Below, in pieces: positions 57,387 to 64,000 of a stretch of 64,000 nucleotides of DNA. The first letter of the stretch is position 1. Every line of letters begins with the position of its first letter. The stretch is from a virus: the IMG/VR virus record IMGVR_UViG_3300042198_000079, positions 32,001 to 96,000 of that record. The stretch is one strand, 5' to 3'. A program made the translations under genes and the position numbers. Below the pieces are notes generated by a model. It ran no database searches. It saw only the letters and a program-made list of their open reading frames with translations, and had not been told where the DNA came from.

Positions 57387-57819
57387 TATATTTTAGTATT
57401 TCTAGTGCTTTTTGTAAATCTTTTTCTTCTATTCCGAAATTGTAATTTATTTTTATATGGAAAGGTATTTGATAATCATTAAATACCACACTTGATAAAT
57501 CGTCAAATATACAAAATTTATCTGCCAATATGTTTATATTGTTTGATGATAACCATTCTTGTATTTCGTCTCCTTTTCGTTTGGAGAAATGTTTTGTTTT
57601 ATCTATAAAATTCCCAAATAGATTATTATTATTTGTAAAGTGTTTTAATTCGTCGAAAGTTTCATATAAATGTGTTTCGAACACTATTTCACATTTTGGT
57701 ATTTTTGCAACAAAGTCATTCCAAATATTGACAATTTTTTTAGGTATTGTAATAGAATTTATATTCTCAGTAATAGGTAATAAAGTTCCGTCAATATCTA
57801 AAAAAATTATTTGTCTCAT
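57376..57819 (-). CDS. HAD-family phosphatase (Swiss-army-knife RNA-repair HAD-like)
   Basis: IIFLDIDGTL, KGDEIQEWL, FCIFDD, FGI..KD...AL.IL. Confidence 0.8.
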   Translation of the reverse strand: MRQIIFLDIDGTLLPITENINSITIPKKIVNIWNDFVAKIPKCEIVFETHLYETFDELKHFTNNNNLFGNFIDKTKHFSKRKGDEIQEWLSSNNINILADKFCIFDDLSSVVFNDYQIPFHIKINYNFGIEEKDLQKALEILKYNEY

Positions 57820-57974
57820 TAGTCTATATCTGTATAAAAAGATTGAATCAAATATTCGACAATATAATCTAATTGATCTTCATCGAATTCAACATCACAT
57901 TCGGATAATAGATTTTCTATTTTTTCTACTATCGTTTCTTTGTCGTCTTCATATTGTAAATGCTTTTTCGACAT
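57819..57974 (-). CDS. Small acidic protein (51 aa); not in the ORF track
   Basis: MSKKHLQYEDDKETIVEKIENLLSECDVEFDEDQLDYIVEYLIQSFYTDID; its stop overlaps the next start (TAATG). Confidence 0.6.
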   Translation of the reverse strand: MSKKHLQYEDDKETIVEKIENLLSECDVEFDEDQLDYIVEYLIQSFYTDID

Positions 57975-58003
57975 AATAATATCTACTAATTAGTATTTTA
58001 TGT

Positions 58004-58234
58004 TTAGTTTTTTAAAGAAATTATCCTGCCGTTGTCAGGAGACGATTTGTCAAACTCAACAATAACTTTATCACCAACAACCACGCCCATATATTTCTTT
58101 CGAACTTCTTTATTTGGATAACATGTTAAATCAACGAAATTTTCGGCGTTTTCTTCTAAACGAACTAAAAACTTTCCACCTTTTAAGATTTCTTTTATCA
58201 AACCTTCTTTTTTTAAAAGATTTTCTTTTCCCAT
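58004..58234 (-). CDS. infA: Translation initiation factor IF-1 homolog
   Basis: KE.L...EG.I.E.L..GKF.V.LE......C......RK.Y..V..GDKV.VE.......GRI; 76 aa. Confidence 0.85.
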   Translation of the reverse strand: MGKENLLKKEGLIKEILKGGKFLVRLEENAENFVDLTCYPNKEVRKKYMGVVVGDKVIVEFDKSSPDNGRIISLKN

Positions 58235-58235
58235 A

Positions 58236-59084
58236 TTATTTATAATATATTTTTTCTAACATATTTCCGTTAGTAGAATGCATTTTTTCTAGAAAATTTA
58301 AAACTTCTTCAATGCCCATTGGTTTTGCCTGAGTTGGATTAAATCCGTGTTTTTTTTCAAACAATAAAAGAGCATCTTTAAAATTCTGTAAGAATTTTTC
58401 TTTGTCTTTTCTGATTATTGAACACGAATGATTTTCGTCTTGCTCTCCAATATATTGATCAGAATTTGCAATATCCGCCCACCATCCAAATCCAGTCGAA
58501 AACCCATTTTTGAAAATTCTATATGAATGTTCAACATGTTCCATAGCATTGACGAAATTTTCATCAATATATCCAACAATAGGTATAATTGCGCTGTTAT
58601 AATAACTAAACGATCCAAGGATATTTGGATGAAAAGTAATTTCATATTTTTCATCCATACATTCGTAATCAACGGAATTGATTATAATCGAAGAACCATC
58701 AGAATTTACGTTTGCATTTCCGTGCTTGTGGAAATTAAAATGATAAATTCCACTTGTATATGCATGTTTGATATATCTTTCAAAGATAGAATTATCTTTG
58801 AGTAACATATCATCCTCGATTAAGAAGATATGTTTTTTATTTTTATTTCTGAGAAATCTTAATAATTCATTTTTTGCATGTCCGACAGAAAGCGTTTCTT
58901 TATTAATTTCTTTAGAAACTAAAGAAAATTTATCTTTATTATATTCTATAGGTTCTGTGCCGGAATTGAAAATTAAAATTTCTGACAAATAATCAGTATC
59001 TATAGAATTTAATAAATTATTAAAAAATTCTGGTCTGTTACATGTAATTAAACCAACACCTATATCTTCTTTAAAAATACTCAT
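58236..59084 (-). CDS. Glycosyltransferase family 2
   Basis: IGVGLITCNRP, VGHAKN.LL, IFLIEDD, VGYIDENF.NAMEHVEHSYR. Confidence 0.88.
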   Translation of the reverse strand: MSIFKEDIGVGLITCNRPEFFNNLLNSIDTDYLSEILIFNSGTEPIEYNKDKFSLVSKEINKETLSVGHAKNELLRFLRNKNKKHIFLIEDDMLLKDNSIFERYIKHAYTSGIYHFNFHKHGNANVNSDGSSIIINSVDYECMDEKYEITFHPNILGSFSYYNSAIIPIVGYIDENFVNAMEHVEHSYRIFKNGFSTGFGWWADIANSDQYIGEQDENHSCSIIRKDKEKFLQNFKDALLLFEKKHGFNPTQAKPMGIEEVLNFLEKMHSTNGNMLEKIYYK

Positions 59085-59118
59085 ATGAGATATATAGTAT
59101 CATATTGATTTTTTGGTG

Positions 59119-60411
59119 TCAATATCCCCAAGAATTAATTTTATTAATTTTTTTCTTAAATTTTGTTTCAACAACAAAATCACGTAAATTAAAAATTTTA
59201 GATTTTTCTGGAATGTAATAATTACATGGACGTGTTTCAGTTAAAAACCAAAAATATTTTTCTGGATGTTTTGGTTGCAATGCTGTTCCTTGCCCATCTG
59301 TTATAATAAAAACAGAATCTGGATGCTGTTTCATTTGATTAACTTCGTTCGCAATAATATCGAATCTTGTCCCACCTCCAACTGGAATAGAACAATCTTC
59401 GTTTTTATAGATTTGTGTTATATTAGTTAATGTATCATCAAAAACATACACTTTAATATTAAAATATTCTTCTGGAATCATTCTAGATGCAGATACAAAC
59501 ATATCAACATATTTTTCACAACTTCCACTAACATCTAAAAATAAACAAATGTTGTTTTTATTTTTTAAAAGTGCATCGTTTTTATTTTTACCGGGAAATA
59601 TAAAAGACGAATTACGCATTATGGACGAATATCTTCTATTTTGATAACCCCATTGTGGTTGATTTTTAACTCTTTTGATACTGTATCTACACCATTTATC
59701 GATAACAGAATACCAAGGTTTTTTCTGAGAAAGATTATTTAACCAATTAATCGTTTTGTTGTTTTGATTGCCGCAAAACGATTGAGATTTAATTTCAGAT
59801 TCTATCTCTTGAGGATCATAAGATTCATATGATTCAAAATATTTTTGAATAAAATCTTGAAAGGTTTCTAATTTTTCTAACCCACTAATATTTTCCATAG
59901 GAAAATACATAATATCACTATTATTATTTTCTTCTGAATTTTTTCTTAGAAGATCGAAATAGTATTCGACGCTTTTATTGTAATGATTTTCTATAGGTCC
60001 ATATTTTTCGGTATCGTGAAACACAGTATCCACCCATGCAATTTTATCTGCTAAATCAGGAGATAAACTGTTTCTTTTTATGTTTAAAAAATCATTAATG
60101 AAATGATTAATATAAACATCTGTTGAGATATTAAATATCTCATATTCGCTTTTATCAAGATCTTTTATTCTCCATAAATGTCCGAAAAATAAATGACACA
60201 TTTCATGGCAAATAACAAATACTTTATCTAAATCTGTTTTTGTAGTTTCTTTCCAAAAAGAAGGATTTACATAAAATGTAATTTTATTTTCATGTAAACT
60301 TACACAAGCAGTTTCTATAGAATTGTTTTCTATAACATTTCCATAACCAACCATTAATTTAAATAATTCATGTTGATCGTAGAAATGGTGACGATATTCT
60401 TTTATATTCAT
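59119..60411 (-). CDS. VWA domain plus HExxH metallopeptidase-like protein (MoxR partner)
   Basis: TACV, FVICHEMCHL, D..IN, LDVSGS, FDD, GGGTRF, ITDG. Confidence 0.85.
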   Translation of the reverse strand: MNIKEYRHHFYDQHELFKLMVGYGNVIENNSIETACVSLHENKITFYVNPSFWKETTKTDLDKVFVICHEMCHLFFGHLWRIKDLDKSEYEIFNISTDVYINHFINDFLNIKRNSLSPDLADKIAWVDTVFHDTEKYGPIENHYNKSVEYYFDLLRKNSEENNNSDIMYFPMENISGLEKLETFQDFIQKYFESYESYDPQEIESEIKSQSFCGNQNNKTINWLNNLSQKKPWYSVIDKWCRYSIKRVKNQPQWGYQNRRYSSIMRNSSFIFPGKNKNDALLKNKNNICLFLDVSGSCEKYVDMFVSASRMIPEEYFNIKVYVFDDTLTNITQIYKNEDCSIPVGGGTRFDIIANEVNQMKQHPDSVFIITDGQGTALQPKHPEKYFWFLTETRPCNYYIPEKSKIFNLRDFVVETKFKKKINKINSWGY

Positions 60412-62012
60412 TACTTTACGTAAGCAAAAAACACATCATTGGACTTGGGAAGAATTGTATACAGTGTTTGCAATGAATATTTCTTACTGAGATAATCATC
60501 TTGTGACCAAACCGTTAAAAGCCTATTCAAAACAGTATCAAATTCTCCATTTTTTGTCAGCGAATCATCCATCAAAGAAAAAACTAGTAACAAATCATTA
60601 AAATTTTTCTTAATAGTATTTTTCGTACATTTTCCATATGACTTTAAAATAATCTTTGTCGCATTTGAAAGTTTTGCAATAGGACATTTAATCTCAATTT
60701 TTAATGTTTCACTCGTTATATCTTTATAACTAGATCCGACATTGATTAAGTCACACAATCTTCTATTTACAGATTTAAATCTGTAAATAGAAGCACTTAA
60801 ATTCATTCGATCTTCAGACGTAACACTACTAGTAGTAAACAGATTAGTAGGGTCGAATTTTTCTTCAGTTGGGCCGTTTTGAATAAATAATGAATTTTCA
60901 AGAGAATTAATATCAAATATAGTATTTTTTTGGACTTCCAAAGAAGATTGATTTTTAAGATGATGTAATTTTATCGAAACTACATCATTTTCGCACATTT
61001 TATTCGTTCTTTCTAGAGAACGAACGACACTAGGAGAAGTATTATATGTAGAACAAATTTCTTTATAGATTTTGCAGAAATTTTTATCGTCTAAAGCATA
61101 TTTAAATTCTACATAACTTTGGTATTCGTCATTTTCCAAAAACATCTTGGAAACAATGTCTCTGGGAGCAAGAGGAGTGTATTTTTTAAGAGATTCCTCT
61201 GTAAAAGTTTTTTTAATATAATTGAGTTTTCCGGTATCGATTAACTTTTTATAGTTTTCTTCGCATGGATTCAACAACAAATCATCATATATTAATTTTA
61301 CAGGATCTGATTGTAGATACGTAACCAGTTGCTTAATATTAGAATCGGAAGGTAAAATTATATTTAATGGGATGCCTTGTTTATAAGATCTGTATGCTTC
61401 TTCCAATCTTCTAGAAGAGATATGTTTTCTGGAATTTTCATGCTGTTCAGCCCACCATTTCACCAAGATGTTTCCATCATTTTTGTATTTTTCATTAAAG
61501 AACCTTTCGCTAGGTCTAGAAGGAATTCTAATAATACACTGGAATCTATCAATTTGAGCAGGGTCAATTTCTTCTACGTTATAATTGAACATTTCGTCAG
61601 AAGGAGGATTTATGGATGCCCATACAATTTTCAGATTTGGAAATTTTCTTCCATTAATGCTTTTAAATTGTAAAAGTTCCATCATGGCATTCAATGTGGC
61701 TTTATCAGCAGCACGATTATATTCGTCCAGAAAGATTGCTTCCAGATTTTCATTGATTCTGGCAGGTCTTACAAATTTGAGATGTCCGGTTTCTTCGTCT
61801 TCTTTCGGAATCCCAATAAAATCAATCCAAGGATCGCACGTAGGTGCAGAAAAATACGCATAGTTTAATTTGTTTCTTTCAAAACAAGAAACAACTCTTT
61901 CTGTTTTTCCACATCCATGGTTTCCGATCAACAGCAAGTTTTTATTTGCTGTTGCAATTTGATCTAGCATGTTGTCGGATACATCAATTTCGGGATATTC
62001 GTTTATATTCAT
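60411..62012 (-). CDS. MoxR-like AAA+ ATPase
   Basis: GNHGCGKT, DFIGIP, IFLDEYNRA, NAMMEL, ASINP, DPAQIDRF, SSRRLE. Confidence 0.88.
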   Translation of the reverse strand: MNINEYPEIDVSDNMLDQIATANKNLLLIGNHGCGKTERVVSCFERNKLNYAYFSAPTCDPWIDFIGIPKEDEETGHLKFVRPARINENLEAIFLDEYNRAADKATLNAMMELLQFKSINGRKFPNLKIVWASINPPSDEMFNYNVEEIDPAQIDRFQCIIRIPSRPSERFFNEKYKNDGNILVKWWAEQHENSRKHISSRRLEEAYRSYKQGIPLNIILPSDSNIKQLVTYLQSDPVKLIYDDLLLNPCEENYKKLIDTGKLNYIKKTFTEESLKKYTPLAPRDIVSKMFLENDEYQSYVEFKYALDDKNFCKIYKEICSTYNTSPSVVRSLERTNKMCENDVVSIKLHHLKNQSSLEVQKNTIFDINSLENSLFIQNGPTEEKFDPTNLFTTSSVTSEDRMNLSASIYRFKSVNRRLCDLINVGSSYKDITSETLKIEIKCPIAKLSNATKIILKSYGKCTKNTIKKNFNDLLLVFSLMDDSLTKNGEFDTVLNRLLTVWSQDDYLSKKYSLQTLYTILPKSNDVFFAYVK

Positions 62013-62995
62013 TTTTTACAAGTTTCGTAGTATTTTTTTAACTTTTCTTTAAGTTGCGGTTTTTGCTTTTCGTCGATTGTATCGTTGTTCGATACCACAA
62101 TATCGATAATCTCGTTAATGTCAACAGAAGAATTGTCGAGTTTTTCTATTTTTTCTTCGCCCATTAAAATAGGAGAATCCATAATGCTTATTGATACATC
62201 TTTAAATTTTGATCGATCTAAATTTTCTAAAATGGATTCTTTATGAATTTTTATAAAATTGTTTTCTTTTCCGATTAAATCTTTTTCGTTAAAAATATTA
62301 TAATGTTTAGGACTCCATGTATTTTTTATTTCGTTAAATGACTTAGATTCTGTATCAAAAATCCAAAAATAACTATCTTTCCCCTCTTCTCCGAAATTTA
62401 ATTCAAAAGGTGAACCCAAATACATTATAGTCCCGTCTTTGTATTTTTTTCTTTGAAAACGATGATAATGTCCAGAAACAACAAAATCAGAATAATTAAA
62501 CAGTTCTGATTTGTTTTTACCATGAATTGATGGTCTGCCATTATCTAAAGAAAATCCTTGTATGTCAAAGTGACACATTAGAAAATCAGCTTTTAAAGGT
62601 TCTTCGCCCCAAGGGACAAAACAAAATTTTATATTATCTATTTCTACAATTTCGGTCTTATTAAAAATAAAAACTTGTTCTCCATCATGGAAATGAGAAA
62701 CAGAATTTACCAAACTAGAATTTCTAAAATAACAATCATGATTTCCCGTTATCATGAATATTTTTTCAAAATTGTTTTTAAGTTTAGAAAAACAGTCATT
62801 TGAAAAATGTAAATCGTCTACTGATATTTGTCTGTCATTATCGTGCCAGTCTCCTAAAAAAAATAAAATATCAGAATTGTTTTCTTTTGAAATTTTTATA
62901 AATTTGTCAACCCAATCATTTGTAATTTCTTTATATATATTTTTTGGATTTTTTAAGATGTGTATATCTGAAAAGATGCTTATTCTTCTGTGCAT
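62009..62995 (-). CDS. gp47: Recombination nuclease subunit gp47 (Mre11/SbcD-like)
   Basis: SDIH, LGDWHD, GNHDCY, VPW, MCHFDI.GF, SGHYH, YLGSPFE.NFGE. Confidence 0.92.
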   Translation of the reverse strand: MHRRISIFSDIHILKNPKNIYKEITNDWVDKFIKISKENNSDILFFLGDWHDNDRQISVDDLHFSNDCFSKLKNNFEKIFMITGNHDCYFRNSSLVNSVSHFHDGEQVFIFNKTEIVEIDNIKFCFVPWGEEPLKADFLMCHFDIQGFSLDNGRPSIHGKNKSELFNYSDFVVSGHYHRFQRKKYKDGTIMYLGSPFELNFGEEGKDSYFWIFDTESKSFNEIKNTWSPKHYNIFNEKDLIGKENNFIKIHKESILENLDRSKFKDVSISIMDSPILMGEEKIEKLDNSSVDINEIIDIVVSNNDTIDEKQKPQLKEKLKKYYETCKK

Positions 62996-63543
62996 TCCAA
63001 TTCATGGTAATCCTCTGGTGTTTCATTGTCAACATCATAAAAATCATTATTTTCAAAAAAATTATCTTCTTCGTCTTCTAGATGATTTTTTCTTTTATAA
63101 TTTTCAAACCCGTTACTTTCTATAATTTGAGAAAAAACATGACTTTTATATTTATTCATTTCTTCCACATTCTTTTTTTCTTTTTTTATTATTTTAATAA
63201 ACTCTCTAGATGCAATACACGAAAAATATGAAAATGGTTTTAAATAATGACCGTTTTCGTCAACTCTTTCCAAATCAAATTTTTTATTAACGACTGCCTT
63301 CCAACATCTGTTAACAGCATCAGCAACAAATTCGTCTTTCCACGAATATTGCCAAAAATTTCCAGAAGATGATAAATGTTTACAAAGAGAAAATAAACTC
63401 TCACACAATTCTCTTTCTTTAATTTCTTTAACTTTACTACCTTCTAAAGAATTATAATATTCTTTTAATGTTTCCCTGAAAGTTTCATTATCAAAGTAGT
63501 GATTTTGTGTTGACTTTTTCTTTTTCTTCTGTAGTATTGACAT
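62980..63543 (-). CDS. gp55: Late-transcription sigma factor gp55
   Basis: NHYFDNE.F, HLS.SGNF.QYSWKDEFVADA, FD, PFSYFS.IA.R.F..IIKKEKK. Confidence 0.9.
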   Translation of the reverse strand: MSILQKKKKKSTQNHYFDNETFRETLKEYYNSLEGSKVKEIKERELCESLFSLCKHLSSSGNFWQYSWKDEFVADAVNRCWKAVVNKKFDLERVDENGHYLKPFSYFSCIASREFIKIIKKEKKNVEEMNKYKSHVFSQIIESNGFENYKRKNHLEDEEDNFFENNDFYDVDNETPEDYHELECTEE

Positions 63544-63561
63544 ATAAAAATATATACATAT

Positions 63562-63590
63562 ACTATAATAAAATTATAAATTGATGTCAA
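63562..63590 (-). promoter_or_regulatory. Sigma70-type promoter TTGACA-N17-TATAGT upstream of gp55
   Basis: Seen on the minus strand. Confidence 0.65.
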
Positions 63591-63596
63591 ACAATA

Positions 63597-64000
63597 TTAT
63601 CTAGCAACAAAATTTCTTGGAGGGTTATTTTCAACTTCTATAACATTATCTTCTGGAAGATAATTTTGAATTTGATCTAAAAAAGAATTTCCAGATTCTT
63701 CGCTTTGAAATAAAGATTGATATGTCGGTAATTTCAATTGAATATTTTTAATACTATTACTTAAATTTTTAGTTTTATTCAATGCTCTATAAAAAAGATT
63801 AGAAAATTTTTGTAAAATTTCATTATCTAATTTTTCTAATGATGGTGGATTTTCTTTACTAGATTCAATTTCCGATGGTGATAAAGAATTTATTGTATTT
63901 TCTCCTATTTTTGCTGAAATAAAATTTACAGCTTCTTCACAATATTCTTCATCGTTTCCAACTGGAGGTTCTAATAAAATTTGAGGATATGTTAAATATA
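63597..64000 (-). CDS. Hypothetical protein, 5' part outside the window
   Basis: Frame open from 63998 (YLTYPQILLEPPVGNDEEYCEE...) to the stop at 63597. Confidence 0.6.
   Translation of the reverse strand, partial: YLTYPQILLEPPVGNDEEYCEEAVNFISAKIGENTINSLSPSEIESSKENPPSLEKLDNEILQKFSNLFYRALNKTKNLSNSIKNIQLKLPTYQSLFQSEESGNSFLDQIQNYLPEDNVIEVENNPPRNFVAR

Noticed and set aside
57530-57976. 148-aa plus-strand ORF
   Set aside because: Antisense to the HAD gene and the 51-aa gene, which fit the minus-strand operon.
1-64000. Genome-wide stop codon reassignment
   Set aside because: TAA, TAG and TGA each end conserved genes at expected lengths, and core genes are uninterrupted in code 11.
1-64000. tRNA, rRNA or CRISPR array
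   Set aside because: No cloverleaf with a T-loop GTTCRA context and no repeat-spacer array seen in the short intergenic gaps. This was checked by eye only; tRNAscan-SE should confirm.

Overview
AT-rich 64 kb segment of a large T4-related (Tevenvirinae-like core) myophage genome. It uses the standard genetic code: TAA, TAG and TGA all end core genes. Head and tail morphogenesis genes present: prohead protease gp21, neck gp13/gp14, tail terminator gp15, portal gp20, terminase subunits, gp5-like hub, sheath gp18, major capsid gp23, and collar/RCC1 fibre proteins. A long minus-strand replication/recombination block encodes a clamp loader, RNase H, putative clamp, gp32, intein-bearing gp41, UvsX, gp43, gp46/47 and the gp55 late sigma factor. 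Auxiliary genes include TilS, IF-1, Hsp20, dUTPase, two glycosyltransferases, a degenerate sulfotransferase-like protein, an astacin-like protease, a two-domain endolysin and a MoxR/VWA pair. The most notable signals are: (1) an island next to the prohead protease whose small proteins share a T4 capsid-targeting-like N-terminal tag and include ADP-ribosyltransferase and GNAT folds, some decaying; (2) a near-leaderless, Shine-Dalgarno-free expression layout (TAAATA late and TTGACA/TAnnnT early promoters 6-11 nt before start codons) alongside phage IF-1 and TilS; (3) Cys-rich insertions in virion proteins carrying a recurrent [LIVMT]-S-[AG] motif, possibly a virion glycosylation signal for the phage glycosyltransferases; (4) two class-3 inteins in P-loops. 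All family assignments come from motif recognition by eye; no database searches were run.
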